Sequence record: NC_041917.1
Direction: 5' to 3' (one strand)
DNA length: 64,000 bases
Each line of letters starts with the position of its first letter. Positions within the stretch are counted from its first letter, which is position 1. The notes under the pieces were generated by a model. That model saw only the letters and a program-made list of their open reading frames with translations, had not been told where the DNA came from and made no database searches. Shown here one piece after another: positions 19,351-31,000 of this stretch. The position numbers and the translations under genes are program-made.

Positions 19351-19818
19351 TTAGAAATGATATGGCAAACTATTTTCGAATGGTTTGCCATTTTTTATTG
19401 ATTCCCAAAGAGAATTAAAGTCCGTTACAATATTAGTATTGTATAAAGTACTTTTAGCTCCTGGATGTAGAGGTTTAGGCCAGTTTCCTATCTTAACCCA
19501 AGAATATCCAGCACTTTCATCATTAAGTTCAGGTATAAACTCATCCTGAATTACTACAATAAATGAATAGTATCTAAATTTCTCGTTCTTAGTACAGAAA
19601 ACATCAAATGGAATTATATCTTCAATAGGAGGAATTGAATCTCCTAATTCTTCATACATTTCTCGATATAAAGCTTCTATAGCGGTTTCATTGTTTTCAA
19701 TTTTACCACCAACGAAGCCCCAATTGTTCGAGTATGTAACAGTCTCTGAACGAAGATTCAACATCATACGTCCAGTACGTTTAGATAAAAATATAGCTCC
19801 TACTGCTTCGTTAGTCAT
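19351..19818 (-). CDS. Nudix hydrolase
   Basis: Nudix box GGKIENNETAIEALYREMYEELG. Confidence 0.92.
   Translation of the reverse strand: MTNEAVGAIFLSKRTGRMMLNLRSETVTYSNNWGFVGGKIENNETAIEALYREMYEELGDSIPPIEDIIPFDVFCTKNEKFRYYSFIVVIQDEFIPELNDESAGYSWVKIGNWPKPLHPGAKSTLYNTNIVTDFNSLWESIKNGKPFENSLPYHF
19362..19396 (+). terminator. Intrinsic terminator with a UUCG loop, embedded in the Nudix gene
   Basis: atggcaaactatt-ttcg-aatggtttgccat followed by ttttt; 13 bp stem with one G-U. Confidence 0.85.
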
Positions 19819-19826
19819 AAAAATCC

Positions 19827-21164
19827 TTATGCATTTTTAAATGCAATTCTCCAATACCCTTGTCTATACTTATTCATAACAGATTGGTGCCATCCAAATA
19901 CTGAATTATATCTATAAAAGTGTGTATCCTGTCCATTATAAACATAACTTTGAATAGTACTTGGATCTATAAGTTCTGCACCAGTATTAGTTATCTTAGC
20001 AAGATAATTAGGTGGAATTATTGTTTCTTTGTATTCTATATTTCTTTCGGAAATATTAATAAACTGTTCTTCGGGTAATGCTTTAAGCAAATCAGTTGGT
20101 TCAGTAATAAATCCGTTAATAGCAGTATAAACTGTATACAATGAAGTATCAATTTGTACTACTAATTTATTTGGTGCATCATCGGTTGGACGTTGAATAA
20201 CATCCCCACGAATTGGGTTATCTTCTTCAATACCTTGTTGGAATTTTAGATATAAATCCTTTTCTTCAAAATTTGGATCTAGGTAATCAAGGTATCTATC
20301 CCATGAATATATTACTCCATTACTTGATAATGGATTTAAACTGGAACTAACTAGAGTTACCTCATATGTTTCAATTGCATCTGTGCGAGATAATCTATCG
20401 ACTAAAATACACATATTTTTTGGAGTATATACATCCGTTACAACATCAGTAAAATTACCCATATCTATATCTAATTCATCTTTCGCTAAATTTATATTAG
20501 TTACAATTTGTTGAATTAGTTTAGGCTGTTGTACAGTAGCAGGTAGACTTAACCATATTGGACATTTAAAGGTTAACACCATAATATCCAAATCAGTATC
20601 AGTTCCTTGTGGGAATCCTCTAGTACTAAATTGACAATCCATTAATTCAATATCAATCACACCAGTCCAATCTATCGGATTTTCACTTAATTGTAATTGA
20701 ATAGATGGATTGAAAAGAGTTACTATTTGTTCAAATAGTTCCATTTTATTAGTTAATGTAGTAGTCCATATATTAACATTAAATGTTAGTTCCCACGGAG
20801 TAGGATTATAACGAGTAATTTGATATTGTTGATCTAATTCTTTAATATATTCATTTTCGGCTGGGGATTTATTTGTCCCCATTACCATAGTGTGTGACAT
20901 TGGTGCTCTAATACTTGCTCTATCTAGTTTCAAAGATTGAACATTTATAGTTATCAATGGTGCAGATGGAAGTACGTTTTCTGAACCTCCATTAATTATA
21001 TATGCAGCCATTCTCGATATATCAGCGTACCTAGCTGGTACAGTTTTATATTTCTGCACCCCGTTGTCATCAACTCCATTTTTTACTTGAAATTCACCAA
21101 AAACTCTGATAAGATGTTTCAACAGACGGCGGAATTGACCGTCATAGTAGTAATTAATTTTCAT
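19827..21164 (-). CDS. gp15: Tail terminator / sheath stabiliser, T4 gp15-like with a C-terminal extension
   Basis: YYYDGQFRRL...FGEFQV...VPARY and PTPWELTFNVNIW...EQI...FNP motifs. Confidence 0.75.
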   Translation of the reverse strand: MKINYYYDGQFRRLLKHLIRVFGEFQVKNGVDDNGVQKYKTVPARYADISRMAAYIINGGSENVLPSAPLITINVQSLKLDRASIRAPMSHTMVMGTNKSPAENEYIKELDQQYQITRYNPTPWELTFNVNIWTTTLTNKMELFEQIVTLFNPSIQLQLSENPIDWTGVIDIELMDCQFSTRGFPQGTDTDLDIMVLTFKCPIWLSLPATVQQPKLIQQIVTNINLAKDELDIDMGNFTDVVTDVYTPKNMCILVDRLSRTDAIETYEVTLVSSSLNPLSSNGVIYSWDRYLDYLDPNFEEKDLYLKFQQGIEEDNPIRGDVIQRPTDDAPNKLVVQIDTSLYTVYTAINGFITEPTDLLKALPEEQFINISERNIEYKETIIPPNYLAKITNTGAELIDPSTIQSYVYNGQDTHFYRYNSVFGWHQSVMNKYRQGYWRIAFKNA

Positions 21165-21172
21165 GTTTCACC

Positions 21173-22660
21173 TTAATCTTTTTTTCTGTAAACGATGTTT
21201 GGTTTAACAACGTCTTGAATTGAAACTCTATCTGGACTATTAATAAAGTTTGTTTGCTCAATGTTTGCACCAGTCCAAGGCAATCTTCCACCATAATCAA
21301 ATTGTTTCCAAGAACTATTTTCTTCAGAGTACTGCCATAATGTAACTGGTTTGTAATCAGTTCTGTAAAAATATTCACCATCGGTAGGTTCACTTGGGAA
21401 CATGTCACCTTCTTCTACAGTACCCCTAGCAGGTGGTATAGAAGGTCTTAGGTCATCATGTGCGGTACGGTTGGCAGCTATGTCCTTTGTTGTGAAAGGC
21501 ACGTTAGAATGCGATTCAGGAGGTATAACCCATGTTACGCCATCGTCCTCAACTTGATAAAGTTGTGGTTTTGTGTAAAAACAATAGAAATCTTCAGCAT
21601 CTTCAGGTACACTATCATTAGAAGTATAAGGAAGCATACATGTTAACCATTTTTTATCAGATGCGTAGTACTGATATAATGTATAACCTGATACTTCAGC
21701 AGCATTTTCCAAGAAGAAGAAAGAAAAATCTTCAGCTTTCTTTGGCAACTTGACACCGTATTGTGTATCAACTATACTCCATATGTTGTCATTTTTTTCA
21801 TAAAGTACTGGTAATGTTTGTTTGATAAAGAACATATTTTTTGATGGATTTACTGGAAATTCATATCCACTTATGATATAACGTGCAAGTTCATTAATGT
21901 CAGAAATATCATCGTAGATATGTTCGTTAACCCAATGGATATATGGAACTTCTGAATCAGCTTGTTGAATAATTCTATTCATAATATCTAATTCCGCACT
22001 TCCAGTACTATTACCACCACCAGAACCATTGCCGTTACCGTTGTTGGGATCATTTGGATTATCAGGGAATTCATTATTTTCTGGATCAGTAATGTCTGAA
22101 AATTCTGGTGAATCTGTTAGGGGTTTTACTCTAAGTTTAAATATATGATGTTGCCATGTTGCCGAGTAACCTTCAGATGTTCTAAAGGAATCTTGTACTA
22201 CATAGAATCTATTCAAACCAACATCACGCCCAGCAACATCAAAGTCTCTAAGGTTTGGTAATTCTAGTACATCACCAGGCATAATTTTTCTTCCCACACG
22301 CTGCATCATTGTGTTATAATGCACAGTAATATCCATAGTGTCGAAATTGAAGAATAAACCTGGAATTTTTAAGTCAGGGGTTGCTTCTTGTACTTGATAT
22401 ACGGCTGGTAATGTGATAGCCTGTACATTATAAGAGCGTTGTGTTACTTCACCGAAAACGTAGTCACTTAGACTTGACAACGTACCATTTCCAGTGCTAT
22501 AATCTGGTAATGTATCATCAGTACTACCAGCGTTGCCTTTTGGCCCTTGGTAAGTATATAACCACATATCGACGCCGCCAATATTATATTGTTCAGCGAT
22601 TACCCCGTCGATAAATTTATAGTCGTCGGTACGACCTTTTTTCCACATTTTGTATGACAT
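21173..22660 (-). CDS. gp14: Neck/head-completion protein, T4 gp14-like with added repeat modules
   Basis: GVDMWLY..., LFF...DITVHY...GRKIMPGDVLELP motifs; start moved to 22660 (GGAG SD); adjacent to the gp15-like gene. Confidence 0.6.
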   Translation of the reverse strand: MSYKMWKKGRTDDYKFIDGVIAEQYNIGGVDMWLYTYQGPKGNAGSTDDTLPDYSTGNGTLSSLSDYVFGEVTQRSYNVQAITLPAVYQVQEATPDLKIPGLFFNFDTMDITVHYNTMMQRVGRKIMPGDVLELPNLRDFDVAGRDVGLNRFYVVQDSFRTSEGYSATWQHHIFKLRVKPLTDSPEFSDITDPENNEFPDNPNDPNNGNGNGSGGGNSTGSAELDIMNRIIQQADSEVPYIHWVNEHIYDDISDINELARYIISGYEFPVNPSKNMFFIKQTLPVLYEKNDNIWSIVDTQYGVKLPKKAEDFSFFFLENAAEVSGYTLYQYYASDKKWLTCMLPYTSNDSVPEDAEDFYCFYTKPQLYQVEDDGVTWVIPPESHSNVPFTTKDIAANRTAHDDLRPSIPPARGTVEEGDMFPSEPTDGEYFYRTDYKPVTLWQYSEENSSWKQFDYGGRLPWTGANIEQTNFINSPDRVSIQDVVKPNIVYRKKD

Positions 22661-22691
22661 GTTTTCAATCTCCAAAAAGAAATTCATATAG

Positions 22692-22698
22692 TATTTAT
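22692..22698 (-). promoter_or_regulatory. Late promoter ATAAATA
   Basis: Upstream of the neck operon. Confidence 0.7.
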
Positions 22699-22701
22699 TT
22701 T

Positions 22702-22730
22702 TGGAACAACAGAAAAAAATCTGCTATAAT
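22702..22730 (+). promoter_or_regulatory. Early/middle-type promoter TGGAAC-N14-TGCTATAAT
   Basis: Conserved motif and spacing. Confidence 0.8.
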
Positions 22731-22765
22731 ATATAAGTGCAGATAAATTAACGAAGGAGAGCACA

Positions 22766-25060
22766 ATGAGCTATAGTTTCGAAGACTTTTACCAAGAAGG
22801 CGAATCACTTGCACGTTCTATGGGTCATAGCATAATGACTGTAGATCATTTGAGTGTGATTGCACTTGGCATTCCTAGCATTTCTGAATTCTTATCGGAA
22901 CTTGATCTAGATGCTGACAAAATCAAAAATCGCATCACAGATTATCTAAAGAATATGGAATTCCCTGTTCTGCCTTTCTCTGTTGAGGAACAACTCAATA
23001 ATGAGATGACTCCAGTTTCATCTATGATTTCAAAAATCATGGTAGAACTAGAGAAGAAAGCAGTTATTGAACAACTAAAAGAAAATGATTATACGATTCA
23101 AGCGTACTTTATTATGTTTGAATGTTTGTCATTCCCAAATACGGCACTTGATGTTGCACTCAGCGAGGCTTCTTATAGCCGCACTGCTGTTGCACGTGAA
23201 TTGCAAAATTATATCAATCGCAAAAACTTTGAAGTTGATCTACGTAGTAGTACTTCAGATGAAGAATCCGAGCAAGAAGAAAAACAAAGTTCACGCCGTG
23301 AACCAAACCGCCCTTCTCGTGAATCTAAACGTGGTATCGAAAACTTTACAACGAACTTAACAGCGTTAGCATCTAAAGGTAAACTTGATCCACTAATCGG
23401 TCGTAATGTTGAACTAGAAGATCTAGTTCAGATTCTTTCCCGTAAAACGAAAAAGAATGCGGCATTAGTTGGTGAACCAGGGGTTGGTAAAACTCAAATC
23501 ATTGACGGACTAGCACAACGTATTGTTGATGGTAATGTTCCTGATTCAATGAAAAACGTTGAAATTCTTTCATTGAACATGGGTGCATTTACTGCTGGTA
23601 CTAAGTATCGCGGTGAGTTTGAAGAACGTGTTGAGAATCTACTTTCTGAATTGAAAGGTCGTGATGATGTAATTCTATTCATCGATGAGATTCATACCAT
23701 CATGGGTGCTGGTGCTTCTAGTGCTGGTGCGTTAGATATGAGCAATATGTTAAAACCTGCTCTATCTCGTGGAGAGATTCGCGTAATTGGTGCAACAACA
23801 TATGACGAATATCGCAAGCATATTGAAAAAGATGCTGCGTTGTCTCGTCGCTTTATGAAAATTGACATTTTAGAACCTTCATTGGCTGAAACCCGTCTAA
23901 TTGTAGATGGTCTTAAAGCAACATATGAAAAGTTCCACTCTGCTCAATATTCAGCAGAAGCAATTAGTGCAGTACTAGAACTTTCTGAGAAGTTTTTACA
24001 AAATAAACGCTTCCCTGATAAAGCAATCGACCTTCTAGATGCAGCAGGTGCACGTAACCGTACTAAAGCTGAACCAGCTAAAGTAATTCAGCGTTCAGAT
24101 ATTGAAAGTGAAGTCGCTCGTATTGCAAATCTACCACTTGAAGTAGTATCATGTGCCGAAAGTGAACGTATGCTAACCTTAGCAGATAATCTCTCTAAGC
24201 GTGTGTTCGGTCAAGAAGATGCAGTAAACAAATTAGTCGAAAACGTAATGGTTGCACGTGCGGGTCTACGTGGTAAATCAACTATTCAAGGTGCATTTAT
24301 GTTTGTCGGTCCATCTGGTACTGGTAAAACAGAAATCAGTAAAGCACTTGCAGATTCAATGGGTGTAGAACTAATTCGCTTTGATATGTCAGAATATGCT
24401 CAAGAGCATAACGTATCGAAATTGATCGGTTCACCTCCAGGTTATGTAGGTCACGATGCAGGTAATGGTGCACTACTTGATAAAGTAGAATCTAATCCGA
24501 ACTGTGTATTGCTACTTGATGAAATTGAGAAAGCAAATAAGAAAGTACTTCTTACTTTCCTACAAGTAATGGATGAAGGTCGCCTAACTGGTTCACATGG
24601 TAAAACTGTTTACTTTAATAACGTAACTATTATCATGACAACAAACTTAGGTGCACGTGACGCTTCAGTACTTGCAGTTGGTATGGATTCTTCAGGTGAT
24701 GATGGTATGGATGCTGCTATTAAACAACACCTAGCACCAGAATTCCTAAACCGTATTGACGCAGTTGTGAAGTTCAATGAACTAGGCCATGATGTAATTC
24801 TAAATGTGGTTGATAAGTTCATCGGTGAGCTAAACGCAGATATTGAATCTCGTGGTGTTGTTGTAGAACTTTCCGATGCTGCTAAAGAAGTGCTTGCAAA
24901 ACGCGGTGTAACACCAGGAATGGGTGCTCGTCCAATGAAACGTATCATTAATGATACAATTCGTGTACCGTTAGCTAAAGAGATGTTAATTGGTTCTCTT
25001 TCTAAAGGTGGAACTGCATTCTTCGATGTTGAAAATGATAACATCGTTTTACAAAAATAA
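22766..25060 (+). CDS. clpA: ClpA-like Hsp100 AAA+ unfoldase
   Basis: Two AAA modules ([14 protein letters not shown] and [15 protein letters not shown]); pore loops GTKYRG and GYVG; no ClpB middle domain; 764 aa. Confidence 0.9.
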   Translation: MSYSFEDFYQEGESLARSMGHSIMTVDHLSVIALGIPSISEFLSELDLDADKIKNRITDYLKNMEFPVLPFSVEEQLNNEMTPVSSMISKIMVELEKKAVIEQLKENDYTIQAYFIMFECLSFPNTALDVALSEASYSRTAVARELQNYINRKNFEVDLRSSTSDEESEQEEKQSSRREPNRPSRESKRGIENFTTNLTALASKGKLDPLIGRNVELEDLVQILSRKTKKNAALVGEPGVGKTQIIDGLAQRIVDGNVPDSMKNVEILSLNMGAFTAGTKYRGEFEERVENLLSELKGRDDVILFIDEIHTIMGAGASSAGALDMSNMLKPALSRGEIRVIGATTYDEYRKHIEKDAALSRRFMKIDILEPSLAETRLIVDGLKATYEKFHSAQYSAEAISAVLELSEKFLQNKRFPDKAIDLLDAAGARNRTKAEPAKVIQRSDIESEVARIANLPLEVVSCAESERMLTLADNLSKRVFGQEDAVNKLVENVMVARAGLRGKSTIQGAFMFVGPSGTGKTEISKALADSMGVELIRFDMSEYAQEHNVSKLIGSPPGYVGHDAGNGALLDKVESNPNCVLLLDEIEKANKKVLLTFLQVMDEGRLTGSHGKTVYFNNVTIIMTTNLGARDASVLAVGMDSSGDDGMDAAIKQHLAPEFLNRIDAVVKFNELGHDVILNVVDKFIGELNADIESRGVVVELSDAAKEVLAKRGVTPGMGARPMKRIINDTIRVPLAKEMLIGSLSKGGTAFFDVENDNIVLQK

Positions 25061-25067
25061 TAAAAAG

Positions 25068-25096
25068 AAAAGGGAGCCAAATGGCTCCCTTTTTTA
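25068..25096. terminator. Bidirectional intrinsic terminator
   Basis: aaaagggagcc-aaat-ggctccctttt between convergent genes. Confidence 0.9.
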
Positions 25097-28000
25097 TTAT
25101 AGTAATTGTCCAATTACAGTACCAGATACTGAATATCCTGTACTATAGGTGGTTAATGGAATCTGTGGATAATTATGTCCGTAAACGTCCATATCATCTT
25201 CTAGACCTAACACAATACCTAAATCTGTATATGTTGTACCTTTTACAAAGTTGTTTTCTACAGTTCCGTGCTGTGAACGTGCCATGTGATTTGTGTTTCT
25301 CAACTCAATCAACTCATCGTAAACTGAAATTATATAGTTATTAGCTGTTGGTGTTACATCGAGTACTCCATCTAGGATGGTTGTATTTGATACACCCAAA
25401 GGTTTCGCTATAAATTCACGTTTTTCAATACTGTCAACGTATGCAACTACAAGAGATGCATTCTTATCACTAACATAAACATTATCAACTAATGTCCCAC
25501 TATAAGACCATGTACTACCAGTCTTAACTGGTTTAATATCGGAAACTTTATATTCGTAGACGAATATTTGTAAACTGTCATCCATTTTAGTACGAACCAA
25601 TTCACTCAATACACCTTTTCCATATATTGGAAGATAATAACCGTGGTCAATATCAATTCCATCAACTTCAACAATTTCATTTGACAAGTACCAGTTATCG
25701 TAATCATCAGTTGTATAATTGTCAGCATACTTATTACCAATTAACATTTTGTCATAGAATGAATCATAATCTAGAATACTAATTCGGTAGGTTCTTTCTG
25801 TACTATATAAATTAACTCCACCAGATACAAATTCATCATCAGCAAATGATGTTATACGAACCACATTAATTGATGTTGATTTACTAGAATCCATCAACGT
25901 ATCAGATTGGCTATCATATGTGCTGCTAAAGTTTAAACCACCGATACGTATAGTATCACCATTAACAGCAGAGACAGTAAAGATACGAGGGCGAGTTCCG
26001 TTCTTAATGTTGTTTACAGGTAGAATTGTCTTCCACGTGTTGTCTGTCATTAGAACATCATAATCATCAGCTTCTGGTGTAAACACCATAACTTTCTCAC
26101 CAACTTTGAAATCATTCTTTTGTACTAAACGAATAGTACCAGATGCATTTATAACATCCTTTATTTGATATGAATATCTGATTTCATTTTTAGAAATTAA
26201 GTTTCTGTTCATATACTCAATGGCTTGGTTATACCTTGGAATACTTACAATAGCTTCTTTTCTATTATATGGGTTTTGTAATACATAACCTTCAATTTGG
26301 AAGTTACCTTGTGAACGTAGTTGTGTGTTACCAGCGGTATCATAACTATATCCATTAACAGTAAATCTCATTTGTGCTGCATCAAGGCCAATTGGATTAA
26401 TGTCAGATACATCGACAAACACAGGATCTTTAGTTGAATCAACCACACCAGATGCAGAATATAAAACATCTTTAGTCTGAGATTCTAATCCAAAGTTATC
26501 AAAAGCATTCATATCATCAAAGTACTGAACATTATTCACACCAGCAATAACTTCTTGTATATTGCTATACAATGGGTTATTAATATCTAGTGGAAGATCA
26601 TCTAAGCTTGGTTCTTCTAATGAAACTACATCACCAGTGATGAATGCATTTTCCATAAAATCTTTCAAACTTATATCACTTGGGACCGATAAGAATTGTC
26701 TAGTATTAACATTTAGTACTGATGCCAATTTACGTGGAATCATTACCATGCAATACATATCAATTGTTGGCATTGCCAAAATTTGTTTTGCAATTTCATA
26801 TTGGTCTACCGAATCTGGATTATATGTGTTTCTCATTGCTGATAATACATATAAAGTATCTAGATAGGTCTTTCCAGTATGGTTTCCATCTTCATCAACT
26901 AAGTCCATATCATATTTCCAAGGGTATAGACCATATTCATATACTAGATAATCATTAATTTGAGCTTCACTGAATGAAGGATTTGCATCTTTAACTATAG
27001 AAACAAATTTCTCATATAAATCACGACCATACATAATATAACCATAATTTTCAACATTACTTGCAGAGAATCCAAATGGTAATCTAGTATTTGGGTTATC
27101 AGTTAGAATTCTACCTTTAAATGGACAATTCATTTCTTGTGCAATTGAATTATCACTTAATGATGTATATAATCTTCTTCTGTTAGCCAAAGTATTATAC
27201 TGATTATATTGGTTAGCAACTGATACGGATGAATCTGAATCATATGCTGCTTGTGTTACTTGTTCAAGTCTAGTTTCGAACAGTTCAGTGGCATCAATGT
27301 CATTAACAAATTCTTGTAGCTTTTTATTAATTTCATCTTGTATTTTACCACTTACGTTCATATCTGGATAATATACACTCATTCTAGCTAGTACCACCTC
27401 ATTGATGGATACATAGTCAATTTGTGGATATGAATATGAATAACGTTGTAACTTATAATGGTTTCCAACTGGTAAAACATCATTAACATTTGTCATGAAC
27501 GAATTATTAACTTGTTCTAATGTTAATCTATCATCTAAATCAGAATCTGGAGTACATTGGAAGTTATCATATACCAAAGTTTCATAAGATTCTTGGAATC
27601 TTCTGTTTGGATATACAAAATTACTTGGCAATGAACCATGAATTTCCCATTTATTTGTTACTGGATTAAATTGAGCGTACTCAACATCCCAAATATCATC
27701 TTGTGTTTTAACCCATGCACCATTAACGAACACATAACCATTTGGATCTAAATCATTCATCAATCCATTCATTTCATCAGTATTTGAAGTTTTCTGTTCA
27801 ATCTGTGAACGTATTTTAGTACGATATGGCTTAACTTCTTCAAAATAATCAACAATTTGATTTATTAAATTATCATTTCCATAATTCTGTTGTAAAGATT
27901 GCTCTAAACCAACAACAAAAATGTAAGAAGTCTTGAATACCCAATCTACTACTGTTTGTTCAGTATGAACATACTTAACCATATCAAATACTAATCTACT

Positions 28001-31000
28001 TTGATATGAATAGAATGAATTTTTCAATAATGCTAATGCTTTACGAACGTTTATTTCAACATTTGTTAAAGAACCGTCTGCATTATATTGTTCATAACCA
28101 TTATATAGTTGATTGTTCAATGCTACAGTACTGTTTTGACGAGCAACGGCTTGCCAAATCACAACATTACGTGATAGTGTCTTAGTATATAATGTCCAAA
28201 CACCTTCTGCATCAGTAATTCGAATCACATCACCTTCTTGATAATTCTTTTGATTTGCAGATTCAAGACTAACTTCATCAGTATAAGTAGTGTTTTCACT
28301 ATATCCAATATCATACCAGTCAGCAAGTGACCAATATTGAGTCATGTCAAGAGAAGTACCTAATGATTCGATATAATCTGATTGTTTGATCATTTTATGT
28401 TGACCTTCACCACGATTTTCTAATGTAATGTATACTGCTGTTCCTCCAGTACTTGGAGAATTCATTAAGCGAATATAATTATTTTCATCGAAGTGAACAA
28501 AATATACTGAAGTAGAATTTAATGGAGAAGGTAGTGTTCCGTTAGTACTAACTAAAACTGCATCATTTTCTACAAACACATCAACACTAGGGTTGATTAC
28601 CAATTCATTATTATAGTTTAGTACTTTAAAACTAATTAGATTTGGATTTTGTTCTTCAGTTTTTACATTAAACACATCATTCATCACTACAGTATTTGTA
28701 GTCACATTTACAGTCTTGTAAATTGCGTTCGCAGAGTCAACAAAGGTTCTACGTGCTTCAATTGGATCTCTGAACCAAGTTTCTCCTGGTAATATACCAT
28801 TATCATTTGTTGGATAATGTAATTCTTTAATTTTACCGTTAGGTAAAACTTCTTGTGATTCTAAAGAATTCCATAACGAATCCCAAATGATAGGATTGAA
28901 ATTGTAATCCATACCTTCTTTACATAATTGATACTGCTCGTGTTTAACCACTTCAGTAGCATTATTTTGATATGTAATAGAAAGAATACTCTTATCATCA
29001 GTAATTTCTTGTTGAAGTCCACTAACAATAAATGAATTTTGACTAATTGGTGCAAACCAAGGAGCATTCAATAATGATGGATCTTGAATTGTACGAGACA
29101 ATTCATTACAAGGTTTGTTTCTATTTTTTACTTTAGGAACATAGATTGTATTCTTAACCCAAAAATAATATACAGTTTGATATGAATCAGTACTTTCGTC
29201 ATATTCTTGGAATTCTGAATAGAAATCATCAATTGCTTGACCACTTGGAACCCATGCAGTATTATCTTTATTCAATTTAGCTTGACGTACACAATACTTA
29301 TCCCATTCATATGGAAGTACTGGAGAAGCTACCCATTCTAAAATATTAATTTCAGAATTTGGTAATAATTTACCCCAATTGTAACGTTTGTATTCATTTG
29401 TCGCTACTTCATCAACATTACCATCTGCATCATACAATGGACGTGTATAATCCATAAAGAATGCATTAGTTGTGTTCCACCATACTAAACCAACTTTTTC
29501 TGAACCCCATGCTTGCATTTTTTCATCATCGCTGTTATACTTCGCTGGGTCAATAGTACTAATATAAGTAATATCAGACATGATAGAACCAGGAATAACA
29601 CCATTGATTGGGTCAAATGTATTCATATACAATTCAGTTACATTATTTGTACTGTTATAAGTTGTTGGTCTAACAAAAAGTGTACTCTCTGGAGCCGCAT
29701 AAGAATATTTCTTATTAATATAAGAATCTTTAGCTGCATTAGTACTAAAACGATTTACATAACGGTATAATACTGGATTTCCTTCAGTGAAAGAAATTGT
29801 ATTAGTAACATCAAGTGGAATCACAAAGCTCTTAGGATCTGAACCAGTTGTAAAGTACTGTGTCTCTGCTTTTAGTAAATCAGGCATATACTCTGATTCA
29901 TCAACAAAGAAGAAGTAATCCCCATCATCCATGCCATGTGCTGAACTAAGTTCTAATGTACAATGGTTTCCTGGATAATTATCTTCATCACCAATTGGGG
30001 TGATTGAATTTAAAGTAATACCAGTGTTTACAAGTTCAAAAATATTCCAATTATTGTCCATATCACGGAATACCCAAACAGATGTGGGTGTATCACCAGT
30101 GTTATTGATATAATTCAAACGATCAACATATGCAGTTGTGAAATCACGAGTACTGTAAGATACTTCGTCTAATGTTACTGGACCAATATCCGGTAAATTA
30201 ATTCTTTCACTTTTTCCATTACGCATTGGGAATGAAAATTGACCATTTGGTCTAGTAACCCAACGTGAATCAACACCTTGTGTACCATAAAAAATTATAT
30301 TATTATTATCAGTATCTGAAGTTGCATTTTCATCAAATGTAAACATTTGAGGCTCTTGTGCAAATTCATTATTGATTAATTGGAACTGTAAGTGTTTTTT
30401 ACCATAAATGTTACCGTACTCACCAATTTTAAATGCCCATTCTTGTAATGCTTTATAATTATCAGTATTATAAGATTTAGATACACGAAGAACTCTTTCG
30501 AATACTTGATTAGTACCTTTATCACGAATGAAACCTTTATAAAAATCTACTTGTGAGGTATCACTAGTAATCATTTGAGAAATATAATCACGAGTTTGGA
30601 ATCCAATTACATGACGAGCTAAGTTTCGTAATGTAACATTATCAACAGGATTGTCATTATCGTAATAATGTTGGAAATCAGTTACTAATTTTTCAAAATC
30701 GGGTAGTGTTCCTGCTTCTAGAATAATAAATCCTGGTGCCTCTAAGCGACCATTCCAAGAACCAGTAACATATCCGTACATTTTAATCATTTCATGTACT
30801 GAACCATACTTAGGAATATATAAATCATTTCCAAAAATTGTTCTATCATCAAAAATTACAGCGTGCTCATATGCAACTACACTAACACGAATTAATGCCA
30901 TACGCTTATCAGAATCATCAACTAGACGAACACTGAACACGTTACCGATACGTGATGTATCAATTTCGTATGGACGAATACCATCGTTAGTATCATCAAG

